A stretch of DNA of 64,000 nt from Chthoniobacterales bacterium. GTDB taxonomy: Bacteria > Verrucomicrobiota > Verrucomicrobiia > Chthoniobacterales > UBA10450. Position 1 is the first letter of the stretch; every line of letters starts with the position of its first letter. A program made the position numbers and the translations under genes. Positions 43,602-54,093 of the stretch are shown one piece after another. The DNA is taken from the NCBI GenBank assembly GCA_038230335.1, contig JBBRNL010000003.1:59085-123084 (forward strand), in the 5' to 3' direction. The notes under the pieces are model-generated. The model was not told the DNA's origin. It searched no databases and worked only from the letters and a program-made list of their open reading frames with translations.

Positions 43602-44329
43602 TTGACGACAGTTTCAACGTCGCCGCTCTGGCCCGTAGCCAGTGGTCCCGTGCGCGCGGAATTGCCGCTGGCTGAATGAACGCCCGGTGTCACGAAACCT
43701 TTTGGGCCGGCATTCTCCACCGTGAAATGGAAATGAGTGGCCACTCCGGGCGTACCGGGGATCGGGGAACCGATATGTCGTTCGGGTGTCAGAACATCTT
43801 CAGCGATAACGACGCCAGCCTTTGAAACCTGCACGTGGATAATGTGTCCCTGCTGTTGGTTCTCTTCTGTCAGGCGCTGCGTGTAAAGTTTGGTTTCGCC
43901 GGAAAGAATCTGGCTGCGCGTTGCCGCGTCTACCTTCGCGAGGGACGGTGGAATCTCGCCGCGGGCCAGGGCGGCACGCGCGGCCGCGGTGGCAGGGTAA
44001 TCAACGTCGGCTTCAGTCAGGGTGAGCGTTTGTTCCTGTTGGACGTTTTGAGCTGTCGACGAGGGATGTGTCCAATGGGAAAGCGAATTCTGTTGCCAAG
44101 CCACTCCGGAAACCGCCAGCGCCGCGGCCAGAGCGGCGGCCAGCAGCCACCGCGACCGCTTTTTGCGAATTCGCCCGTGTTGCTCATCGGTTCGCCCCGG
44201 TTTTTCCGTGTACGATTTTTGAAGCGCGCTGGCGCCAGTCATGGCCGGTCTGTCCCGACCCGCGACCGGGCCCAAATCTTTAGCTGCACCGCGCGATTCC
44301 GGTCCCTGCGGATCTGGCTTCGAGTCCAT
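43598..44329 (-). CDS. single-pass membrane protein, unknown function (first gene of the cassette)
   Basis: 243 aa. A basic cytoplasmic N-terminus, the TM WLLAAALAAALAVSGVAW and an extracytoplasmic domain of about 150 aa. The stop overlaps the start of the next gene by 4 nt. Confidence 0.6.
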   Translation of the reverse strand: MDSKPDPQGPESRGAAKDLGPVAGRDRPAMTGASALQKSYTEKPGRTDEQHGRIRKKRSRWLLAAALAAALAVSGVAWQQNSLSHWTHPSSTAQNVQQEQTLTLTEADVDYPATAAARAALARGEIPPSLAKVDAATRSQILSGETKLYTQRLTEENQQQGHIIHVQVSKAGVVIAEDVLTPERHIGSPIPGTPGVATHFHFTVENAGPKGFVTPGVHSASGNSARTGPLATGQSGDVETVVK

Positions 44330-44480
44330 GATTCAACCTATTGGAGATATCCGGCAGCGCCGCGAAATCCAACACTTATTTATCCCGGCCAGATGGACAA
44401 ACCCGCACCAAAGGTCCCATTCTGGAACGCAGCAAATACCACATGCCTCGCCGGCGGATTAATCCCGGCCCTTCGCAACG

Positions 44481-44516
44481 GCGCGCGCACTCCTACGACT
44501 GAGCTAACCGGCTGCC
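44481..44516 (-). other. tRNA-like fragment (acceptor 5' strand + D-arm only)
   Basis: The reverse complement reads GGCAGCCGGTTAGCTCAGTCGTAGGAGTGCGCGC, with a canonical U8-A9 / GCTC-AG...-GAG(T) D-arm. I could fold no proper anticodon arm or T-arm downstream of it. Confidence 0.3.
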
Positions 44517-44568
44517 TACAAGCCGATCTGACCGGCGCGATGGCCCATTACGGATGTGCGGTCAAACT

Positions 44569-44964
44569 CTACGCTGCGGCCAGCGCTGAGGCTTTCTTGT
44601 TTAGAATGGCCATGGCTTGTTGCAGCTCGTCAAAATCAAACGGTTTGGACATCATCATGTCCACATTCAGCTCTTCGTAAGCGCGAATATCCTCGTCCGA
44701 GAGATGGGCCGACAGAACGAGGATCTTGCCCCCAAAGCTTTTCTCTTTTAGTCGACGCACGAGCTGGAGACCCGTCATGCGCGGCATACGATGGTCCGTA
44801 ATAACAACGTCAAAAGGTCGGGCCGTAGCGCCGATCTTAATGAGTGCCTCCCAGCCATTCACCGCCCTGACTACTTTGGCTGCTGGACCTCCCAGCACCA
44901 TGGCAATCATGTGCGCCAGGGCTTTTTCATCCTCCGCAACCAAGATCCGTAAAGGGTCACTCAT
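44569..44964 (-). CDS. single-domain response regulator (CheY-like receiver)
   Basis: 131 aa. ILVAEDE, the phospho-acceptor region VVITDHRMPRMTG and ILVLSAH are present. Confidence 0.85.
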   Translation of the reverse strand: MSDPLRILVAEDEKALAHMIAMVLGGPAAKVVRAVNGWEALIKIGATARPFDVVITDHRMPRMTGLQLVRRLKEKSFGGKILVLSAHLSDEDIRAYEELNVDMMMSKPFDFDELQQAMAILNKKASALAAA

Positions 44965-45171
44965 AATCCCAAGGAATCAGCAGGACGCGGGCCGCAGGTT
45001 GCGCCCGATGGCTGCTTGTTGAAGGGGCGGGTGCCGAGTTTGTCACACCCTCCGTATCGCGCCGCGCGTTAGCGCTCCGTACGGCATTTTTCTGCGCGCC
45101 CCTTCCTATGCGGTCGTTTTTGCCTCTCCATAAGGCTGAAAGACTTCCACGAAACGAATCTTACTTTCGTG

Positions 45172-46986
45172 ATGAGAATCTTGTTAACGAGCTTATTTGG
45201 ATTCGTCGCGCTGACCGCAACACTTCAGGCGAATTCTCCCAAGCATCGTGAATCGGGGAAATTGGACCAACCAACCATAACTAAGCCGGTGTCGGTGGCA
45301 GCGCCACCACTGGGACCGGTTAATGTGGGGGCGAAAGGCAACGAACCACTTATCGCAACGTCACCAGACGGGACCCTTTACATCAGCGCTCTCCAACATA
45401 TCTACCGTTCGACCGACGCAGGGGCGACTTGGACGGAGCTGCCCGGGCCTATTTACGCCTCAACTCTGAATCTAGCCTCCGATAGTTCCATTTCGGTTGA
45501 TTCGGCGAACCGACTCTACTTCACTTTCGATTATCCCTACGCGGGCACGACTGCCGTATGTACGAGCGACGATCATGGTGACACATTCACCTGCGATCCG
45601 GCGGTCGTTCCAGGCGGCACCGATCGGATGTGGGTCCTGGCGCCGACGACCACGGCGGCGTACGAGGTAACCAATCAGGGTTTATACGAAACCGCTTTTC
45701 TACAAAGTACAGACCGGGGCGCGACCTGGATTGCGAAGTCGGTTGGAAGCGGGCTTTTGGAACCGCAATCAGGTCCGCTTCTACAAAAGAACTGCAGCGG
45801 GGATGTTCTCCAACCGGTCAAAGTTTACGGCACGACGCCCCAGGAAGTGCCCGAACTCAAGCTTTACGTTTACCATCCTGCGGCCACGGGTTCGGTTATT
45901 TCGGATATTCGGTCGACGGGTCTTCCGCTTCCCTACGCTCTTCCCAGCGCGGCGATTGGGCAGGATGGCGAGCTTTGGGTTTCAACCGAGGAAACGAACC
46001 CCGCCGGGGGAAGACAAATCGTGGTGGCCCGCTCCACGAACGAGGGCGCCACTTGGGCGCAGCTGCCTCCTATTCCAGAAACCACGACGGGCACGGCAAT
46101 TTTTTCCTGGGTGGCGGCGGGATCGCCTCACCATGTGGGAGTCCTTTTCTATTACACGTCGGATAACGGGGACCCAGGCGTGCTCACAAATGCCACCTGG
46201 TCGACGGTGTGGGCAGAAACCTTCAACGCGGACAGTGCGGTTCCTGTTTGGGCTGTGAGTACGATCGAGAGCCCGATTCATGTCGGTCCCCTGTGCATCG
46301 CTGCCAGTTGTATGGGAACAAACAGATTCGCCGGCGACTTCATCAGTTCTGTGATCGATTCGAGCGACACCGCCCATCTCACCTGGATGAGCCAGGCGAA
46401 CGGCACGGGCGCTGTCTCGATTCGTTATGCCAAAGTGCAGGCGGGTTTACCTTCGACCTTTGCCACTATTCCATGTGCGCTTACACCGACGGTTATTTCA
46501 CGAAAAATGCACGGCGCTTTTGGCCCGTTTGATATTCCTCTTCCGCAGATTGGACGGAACGGAAGCGAGTGTCGCGCCGGTGGATCGGCCGGGAATTATC
46601 AAATGATCGCCACGTTTCCAACGGCCGTAACGGTCGACCATGCCGCGGTCGTCTCAGGCACGGGTCGTGTCGACAGCACGAGCGTGAGTGGCAACGACGT
46701 CATCGTGAACCTGAGCGGAGTGGCGAATCAACAGACGATTAACGTTACTTTGTTTGGGGTACACGGCGGATCGACTGCGGCGGATATTACCCTGGGGATG
46801 AGTATCCTGGTCGGTGACACGAATGGCGACGGTGTCGTCAACTCGGCTGATATCAGCCAAACAAAGTCGCAATCAGGAACGGTGGCCACCAATTCGAATT
46901 TTCGCGAAGATCTGAACGTCGATGGCGGCATTAATAGCGGCGATATTTCCCTGGTAAAATCGAAGTCCGGCACCGCGCTTCCGTAA
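45172..46986 (+). CDS. BNR/Asp-box beta-propeller protein with C-terminal dockerin-type repeats, secreted
   Basis: The Asp-boxes are STDAGATWT, STDRGATWI and STNEGATWA. The C-terminal pair of Ca-binding loops is GDTNGDGVVNSADI and DLNVDGGINSGDI (dockerin type I pattern). Confidence 0.8.
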   Translation: MRILLTSLFGFVALTATLQANSPKHRESGKLDQPTITKPVSVAAPPLGPVNVGAKGNEPLIATSPDGTLYISALQHIYRSTDAGATWTELPGPIYASTLNLASDSSISVDSANRLYFTFDYPYAGTTAVCTSDDHGDTFTCDPAVVPGGTDRMWVLAPTTTAAYEVTNQGLYETAFLQSTDRGATWIAKSVGSGLLEPQSGPLLQKNCSGDVLQPVKVYGTTPQEVPELKLYVYHPAATGSVISDIRSTGLPLPYALPSAAIGQDGELWVSTEETNPAGGRQIVVARSTNEGATWAQLPPIPETTTGTAIFSWVAAGSPHHVGVLFYYTSDNGDPGVLTNATWSTVWAETFNADSAVPVWAVSTIESPIHVGPLCIAASCMGTNRFAGDFISSVIDSSDTAHLTWMSQANGTGAVSIRYAKVQAGLPSTFATIPCALTPTVISRKMHGAFGPFDIPLPQIGRNGSECRAGGSAGNYQMIATFPTAVTVDHAAVVSGTGRVDSTSVSGNDVIVNLSGVANQQTINVTLFGVHGGSTAADITLGMSILVGDTNGDGVVNSADISQTKSQSGTVATNSNFREDLNVDGGINSGDISLVKSKSGTALP

Positions 46987-47197
46987 AAGATATCGGATCG
47001 GGGTGTAAAGACCGTTTGTTACGCGGTTGGTTTTGCACCTGGTGATTTTTGGAATCCCCCCCGAAAAGTTACCGCTCTTGGGTGGAACGGGTGTTTGCAC
47101 GGATGCCATCGCTGAGCCATGCATTGCTGAGGTGTTCGATGCAAGGATAAGATTCTCGACCAATTTACGGCCCGAACTATCGTGAGAGCAGATATAA

Positions 47198-48010
47198 ATG
47201 ATTGTTTTACACTCGTTAGAAGGCAAAACGGCCATCGTCACCGGATCCGGAAATGGGATTGGCCGGGCCATCGCCAAGGCCATGGCTGAGGCGGGAGCCA
47301 GACTGACCGTGTCGGACGTTCTGGTGGAAGATGGCGAGCGAACGGTAAAGGAAATTGTCGATCGTGGCGGTGAAGCCATTTTTGTTCCGGCGGATGTCTC
47401 ACAGGAAAGTGATGTCAGGAACTTGGTGGATGCCGCTGCCGACACTTTTGGTTCGATTGATATTCTGGTTAACAACGCCGGCGTGGGCGGCCGTCCCGGT
47501 CGAATTCACGAAACGGACCCGAGCGACTTTGACCGGGTGATCGGTGTCAATCTGCGAGGCACTTTTCTTTGCACCAGGTTTGTCATCCCGCACTTCCTGC
47601 GGAAAGGCGGCGGATGCGTCGTGAACATCGCGTCGACCTACGGGCTGGTCGGCGCTCCCAACGCGCCGGCCTACTGCGCATCGAAGGGCGGGATCATCAA
47701 TCTGACCCGACAATTAGCGATCGATTACGGTCCGGATCACATTCGCGTGAATGCCATTTGTCCCGGTTACATCGATACCGGTCTGAGACGGCGGCGCGCG
47801 ACCATGAGCGAGACAGAGCTGGCGGACGCAATCGCTCGCCGCGAAAAAGCCGCGAAGATGCAGCCGCTCGGCCGACAGGCGCAACCGGCCGAAGTGGCCA
47901 ATGTCGCTGTCTTTCTCTGCTCAGACGGTGCCTCTTTCATGACAGGCTCGATTGTCACTGTGGATGGCGGGTGCGTGACGACTTTTAATTACGGCGAAGC
48001 CAGCAACTAA
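47198..48010 (+). CDS. SDR family oxidoreductase (classical short-chain dehydrogenase)
   Basis: The cofactor motif is TGSGNGIGRAIA, followed by NNAG, the catalytic YCASKGG, and PG.IDT. Confidence 0.9.
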   Translation: MIVLHSLEGKTAIVTGSGNGIGRAIAKAMAEAGARLTVSDVLVEDGERTVKEIVDRGGEAIFVPADVSQESDVRNLVDAAADTFGSIDILVNNAGVGGRPGRIHETDPSDFDRVIGVNLRGTFLCTRFVIPHFLRKGGGCVVNIASTYGLVGAPNAPAYCASKGGIINLTRQLAIDYGPDHIRVNAICPGYIDTGLRRRRATMSETELADAIARREKAAKMQPLGRQAQPAEVANVAVFLCSDGASFMTGSIVTVDGGCVTTFNYGEASN

Positions 48011-48236
48011 CAGGCTGATCTGGTCAGAGAAGCGATGCGGCTTGATTGCCGGTTCTATCTTGGCGTCGACTTAATCGAGGTAGGGACGTCTCTCCGAGAT
48101 GATGGTGTAGTGATAGTCGCGCCACCAACGGTCACGGCGTCAAGCTGAGGTCGCTCATAAAAATACTTCCTGAGACAGCCATCGGGGCTTGTCCTGCGCC
48201 CGGCCTTGGATATTAAGAGTCTCGATTTCGAACCTT

Positions 48237-48665
48237 ATGAAAAAATTACTCTTCACCGCTCTCTCCCTCAGCGCCGTATTGGCCGTCCATGCATCCGAAG
48301 TTCCGGAGGAAGCGGATATCAAGTCGATGACAGAAGCCTCGCTCATCTCTTTCGGCCGGGCGGTGAAGAAGCAGGATTTTTCCAGTTTTTACGAAGACAT
48401 CGCGACCGTCTGGCAGAAACAGACGACGGCGGAAAAGTTGCAGGAATCGTTCAAAGACTTTCTCGACAAGAAAATCGACATCCCGTCGGTGGTGAAGGAA
48501 ATGGATCCTGTTTTCAATCACCCTGCGGAGATTGGTTCTAACGACGTGCTGGTCATCAAAGGTTATTATCCGACGAAGCCAAACAGGGTTGTCTTTCAAC
48601 TGAAATACCTGGAAGAAGAAGGCGAGTGGAAACTCGTCGGTATTGACGTGAATCTGAAGGAGTAG
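48237..48665 (+). CDS. hypothetical secreted protein
   Basis: ORF 48189..48665, with start taken at MKKLLFTALSLSAVLAVHA. Confidence 0.5.
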   Translation: MKKLLFTALSLSAVLAVHASEVPEEADIKSMTEASLISFGRAVKKQDFSSFYEDIATVWQKQTTAEKLQESFKDFLDKKIDIPSVVKEMDPVFNHPAEIGSNDVLVIKGYYPTKPNRVVFQLKYLEEEGEWKLVGIDVNLKE

Positions 48666-48711
48666 GCCTTCAGAGGACAGAGCCGAGTGCCGAATAACGA
48701 GCCAGGCGGCG

Positions 48712-49857
48712 CTAGGGAATGATCACGTGGTAGAACCGCTGAATCGACGGGACGGTGCCGGTTTGCGTTCCGTCATCGGTCCAGGAAAGAATGCCGCCTG
48801 TGCCCGTTTTATCCGGGGTAATCGATTGCCATGTGGCTCCGATGAGATTGTCCTTCCATTGCACTCGATAGGCCAGGCCGGGTTGACTTTGCCACGTGAT
48901 CGTCACCGTGGTGGGGGTTTGCGTAACGCTGGTTACGACAATCTGCGAATCCGCATTGGGGATCGCATTCAGAACGAACAAATCACTCAAATCAATGGCG
49001 GTGGCCGCTCCTCCCAGGAGAGGTCCGACGTTGAATATCTTTTGCAAGGTGCGCAGGGTCGAGCTGTGGGTGTAGCGAATCGCATTATGATGGCCGCCGC
49101 CCTTGGCCAGCGGTGAAAGCACGATCATTCCGATCGGACCGTCGCCGCTTGTTCCCTCGTCCCAGGTGATGAGAACAAGTCCGTTATTTTGGTAAGCGGT
49201 TGAATTCAAAATAGCGGGCACATTTTGCGAAAGCCAGGTGTCTCCCTGTTTGACCGGATTGTTCAGGGGCGCTGCGGAATCGTGCATGTCGTTGATGAGA
49301 TTCGGCGTGATGAAATTGTAGTGTGCGGTCGTGTGATTAGTGAGGTCGCCGGCCAACTCGGTAAACGGGCGCATCGTGACGGTGCAACCGGCGTTGATCA
49401 CGTCATCGAAGAAGACGAACGGATTATGCTTGGGCGCGTAGGGATAAGCATCGGCCGTCGGGCAGGTGGTTCCGGTGATGTTTTCCTGATACGTCTTCCA
49501 GGTAACGCCGGCATTTTTGAGAAGGGTGACGAAATGAGCGGTGGTGGACTGATGATTGATGGCCGGGAGCTTGTCGTTCGTGATGCCGAAGCCGGTGCCG
49601 GCCTCGAGCCAGAGATAATTCGGCTCGCTCGGGTGAATGCCGGGCGGGTTGTAGTAGGCGTCGGTGTAGGAAGCGATGGGCAGGAGCGTGTTGTTAATAT
49701 AGGGGGCGTCGTTGCTGCCTTTGATGGTGGACCAGTTGTGGTTCTCCATCAGGATGATGAAGACCGTGCTGGAAGAATCGATTCCAGCGGCGGGAAGATT
49801 GGCTACGGCGCTCAGCCCACCAAGAATGGCGATAACAGCCAGAAGCCTTGTGTACAT
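48712..49857 (-). CDS. phosphoesterase family protein (AcpA / non-haemolytic phospholipase C-like), secreted
   Basis: ORF 48712..49968, with probable start MYTRLLAVIAILGG. VFIILMENHNWSTIKG is the hallmark N-terminal motif of the Phosphoesterase (PF04185-type) family. A C-terminal beta-sandwich tail of about 80 aa follows. Confidence 0.7.
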   Translation of the reverse strand: MYTRLLAVIAILGGLSAVANLPAAGIDSSSTVFIILMENHNWSTIKGSNDAPYINNTLLPIASYTDAYYNPPGIHPSEPNYLWLEAGTGFGITNDKLPAINHQSTTAHFVTLLKNAGVTWKTYQENITGTTCPTADAYPYAPKHNPFVFFDDVINAGCTVTMRPFTELAGDLTNHTTAHYNFITPNLINDMHDSAAPLNNPVKQGDTWLSQNVPAILNSTAYQNNGLVLITWDEGTSGDGPIGMIVLSPLAKGGGHHNAIRYTHSSTLRTLQKIFNVGPLLGGAATAIDLSDLFVLNAIPNADSQIVVTSVTQTPTTVTITWQSQPGLAYRVQWKDNLIGATWQSITPDKTGTGGILSWTDDGTQTGTVPSIQRFYHVIIP

Positions 49858-50066
49858 TGATACCACTACAACGAGGATGGCTTTGATGCTATGGAAAATG
49901 GTCATAGCAGTAGCGGAGGGTCGCGGCGAATCAATGGCGGATCGAGCGGGGAAGGCGATTGGGGTCAATCTCCCCTACCTGCGCGCGATGCGGGTGGACC
50001 GACCTTGGGTGGAATTACACGTTGCTGAATGCGGATCAATGCCTCATCAAGGAAGTCGCAATCTCC

Positions 50067-50519
50067 ATGAACGAGCGTTACTTCGAAGATCTCAAGCCGG
50101 GCGCGCGCTTTGAGTCCGAGTGGCTGCCCGTGAGCGAACAGCAGCTGGTGGAGTTCGCGCACAAGTTCGATCCGCAAATGTTTCATCTCGACCGAGCCAG
50201 CGCGGAGCGGAGTATTTTTAAAGGGCTCGTCGCGAGTGGCTGGCACACCGCCGCGATGACGATGCGTCTCTTTGTGCAGACAATGAACTTCGCCCAGGGC
50301 GCGATCGGGCTCGGGGTGGACGAACTGCGATGGCCACAGGCCGTGCGGCCCGGCGATAAGCTGCGCGTCGTGACGGAAATCATAGAAGCGCGACTTTCCC
50401 GCTCGAAACCGAAGCACGGAATTATTCGGCTACGCAACATCACGACCAATCAACGCGAAGAGATCGTGCAAAGCATGTTTGCGCATGCTCTCGTGCCGCG
50501 TCGCTCTCTTACGCCTTAA
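50067..50519 (+). CDS. MaoC-like (R)-hydratase / hot-dog fold protein
   Basis: ORF 49959..50519, with start taken at MNERYFEDLKPG. FAHKFDPQMFHLD and GLVASGWHT fit the MaoC dehydratase pattern. Confidence 0.8.
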   Translation: MNERYFEDLKPGARFESEWLPVSEQQLVEFAHKFDPQMFHLDRASAERSIFKGLVASGWHTAAMTMRLFVQTMNFAQGAIGLGVDELRWPQAVRPGDKLRVVTEIIEARLSRSKPKHGIIRLRNITTNQREEIVQSMFAHALVPRRSLTP

Positions 50520-51916
50520 CCTTCGGCGCGCGCGAAACGGTCGAGGCGTTCGATGGTCTGTTCGATGTCGGAGTGAGTCGTGCGCGGATTAATCGTGCAA
50601 AGGCGCAACGCGACCGCGTCGCGCAGCTTAGTCGAGGTGAGGAGGGCGAATCCATCCTGCATCATTTTCTCAACCAGTCTGGTTTGCTGGGCGTCATCCT
50701 GGCCAAATCGAAAACAAACCGTGGCCATGCACGCGGGCGACAGGATTTGCCAGTCGGAACGCGCCCGCAATTGCTCTTCGGCGTAATCAGCCAACTCAAA
50801 TCCGCGGTCGATGGCGCCCCGAAAGGCGCTCAGCCCGAAAGTCTGAAACGACAGCCAAACCTTGAGCGCGCGAAAGCTTCGCGTGAGCTGAATGCCGTAA
50901 TCGCAGAAATGAATTTCTTCTGTGGCCCGATGAACATCGCGCAAATAGTCCGGCATTATCTGGAATGCGGCCTTCAGGTGAGCGGCATCCCGCACGAGCA
51001 CGCAACCACATTCGAATGATTGGAAGAGCCATTTGTGCGGATCGAGCGATATGGAATCGGCGCGCTCCAAACCGCGCAGGGCGATCCGGCCGCGATCCGA
51101 TAAAATGGCGGCGGCGCCGAAGGCGCCGTCCGCGTGCAGCCACATTTTTTCCTGAACACAGAGTTCGCTGAGCGCGGTCAACGGATCGACCGCTCCGGTA
51201 TTGGTCGTGCCGGCATTGGCGATAATACAAAATGGACGCAACCCGGCGGCGCGATCGGCCGCGATGGCGCTGGCCACGGCGTCGACGGGTAAGCGAAACT
51301 CACGGTCGGCCGGAAGGATTCGCATTTGTCCCGGGGCAAACCCGATAATGCGCAGGGCGCGTTCGACCGATGAATGCGTCTGATCGGAAAAATAAACCGT
51401 CGCGCCTTCGATGCGATCATGCAAAAGGGCGTGTCGTGCGGCAAGAAGACCGGTCATGTTGGCGACGGAACCGCCGCTGACGAAAAGGCCTCCCGCCGCA
51501 GCCGGGAGCTCGCACCATTGGCAGAACCAGCGGATGACTTCGAGTTCGAGCGCAGCGGCGGCCGATCCGCCGAACCAGGTGCCATTGAAGACGTTGAATC
51601 CGGAGGCAAGTGCATCCGCCATGGCGCTGATGAAATTATTCGGTCCGGGGACGAACGCGAAAAAACGCGGATGATCCACATGGAGGTTATTAGGAAAGAC
51701 ATCGCGCTGCAGCCGGATGAGAAGTTCGTGTGGATCAGCGGGGCTATCGGCTGGCATCCCGGAGAGAAGGGCGCGGAGGACGTCGGGATCTGCTTTCGCT
51801 CCGACCGGGCCGTCTCCGACGCGGGCGAAGTGTTCGGTCAGCACATCGACCACGCGGTAGCCGAACTTGCGCATTTCCTCAGGCGATAATTCCAGTCGCG
51901 ACGGATCCGTTTCCAT
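50516..51916 (-). CDS. PLP-dependent group II decarboxylase (aromatic-L-amino-acid/glutamate decarboxylase family)
   Basis: ORF 50516..51973 (start METDPS at 51916 or MSRLAP at 51973). HPRFFAFVPG and the PLP-lysine motif SLDPHKWL are present. Confidence 0.85.
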   Translation of the reverse strand: METDPSRLELSPEEMRKFGYRVVDVLTEHFARVGDGPVGAKADPDVLRALLSGMPADSPADPHELLIRLQRDVFPNNLHVDHPRFFAFVPGPNNFISAMADALASGFNVFNGTWFGGSAAAALELEVIRWFCQWCELPAAAGGLFVSGGSVANMTGLLAARHALLHDRIEGATVYFSDQTHSSVERALRIIGFAPGQMRILPADREFRLPVDAVASAIAADRAAGLRPFCIIANAGTTNTGAVDPLTALSELCVQEKMWLHADGAFGAAAILSDRGRIALRGLERADSISLDPHKWLFQSFECGCVLVRDAAHLKAAFQIMPDYLRDVHRATEEIHFCDYGIQLTRSFRALKVWLSFQTFGLSAFRGAIDRGFELADYAEEQLRARSDWQILSPACMATVCFRFGQDDAQQTRLVEKMMQDGFALLTSTKLRDAVALRLCTINPRTTHSDIEQTIERLDRFARAEG

Positions 51917-52136
51917 GCGCGAAGAATAGCATTCACTTAGTGCGACGCGAATGGACGGTGCGAGTCGCGACAAAGGTGGAACGGTATCTCCGAGTGCGTT
52001 GCTATTAATGGCGGCTAAGCCGCCAATATTAGCATCGAGCTACGGAGAGCTCGATCCACCACAAGTTGCGCGATTGGGATGGGTAATGCCATGCGATACG
52101 ATATCGGGAAACCGGTCGATCGATCTTCATCTCGCC

Positions 52137-53122
<986 letters not shown>

Positions 53123-53141
<19 letters not shown>

Positions 53142-54037
53142 ATTCGCGGCGCGACATCTTCCCAGCGGTCCCGTATGGCCTGGAACTCGTTATCCGGAAG
53201 AGGGCCGGCCTGCAACATCCCGGCATTTTCCTTCCAACGGTCTGGCTTGCTTGTGCCCACAATGGCGGTGTGCACGCCAGGCACGCTAAGAGTAAAGCGC
53301 AGCGCGGCCGAGATCGTGATGGCCAGGTTGGCGGCCTGATCGGCGTGGTGGAGAAATCCGTAATTCAGTTTTTTTAAGCGCTGCCAGTACTCGTGCTGAT
53401 AAGAGTCCATCGGTTTATGGCCGGTCTTCCAGGCCGCGTTGGCCACCGGGCGTTTCGCGATGACACCGACTTGTCGCTCGCGGGCGAGGGGAAGAGTGAG
53501 GTCAATCGCTTCCTGGTCGGCGATATTGATCGACGTTTGCAGCGTGTCGAAGGCGCCGCACTCGACCGCGTAATGGGCGGCGCGACTGTCGCCACTGTAT
53601 CCGATATAACGCGTGTGGCCGCGGGCGCGGGCGGTTTGCAGGGCCGCGATGGCGTCGCCTTTCCGCAACTCGGACTCGGAACAGCTGTGCAACTGGACGA
53701 TGTCCAAGTGGTCGGTCTTCAACTTCTGCAGGCTCCGTTCAATGCTGGTCAGGATCGAATCAGCGGACCAGTTCGCGCCGCTCTCGGCTCCATTGGGATG
53801 GCCGCATTTGGTGAACAAATAAAAGTCGGCGCGCCGATTGCTCACGGCCTGGCCGATTAATTCCTCACTCCCGCGATAACATTCGGCCGTATCGATGACG
53901 TTTAGGCCGGCGTCGAGCGCACCTTTTAACAATTTCTCGACGGTTTCGGCGGAAGCGCTTTCGAATCCAATCTCAGCGCCGCCAAATCCAAGGACTGACA
54001 CGTCCATGTCTGTCTTGCCGAGACGCCGTTTTTCCAT
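53123..54037 (-). CDS. aldo/keto reductase
   Basis: [25 protein letters not shown] and a C-terminal [12 protein letters not shown] are present. It overlaps the downstream AKR gene by 19 nt. Confidence 0.85.
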
Positions 54038-54093
54038 TGAACCAAAAACGTAGGAGAGAATCGAAGGCGTGTCATCTCTTAGGTAGAGAATCC

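Noticed and set aside
44421-44520. A functional tRNA gene between the cassette and the response regulator
   Set aside because: Only the acceptor 5' strand and D-arm are tRNA-like. I could not fold a 5-bp anticodon stem or a T-arm with a TTC loop (GGGATTAATCC instead). It is kept only as a low-confidence fragment.
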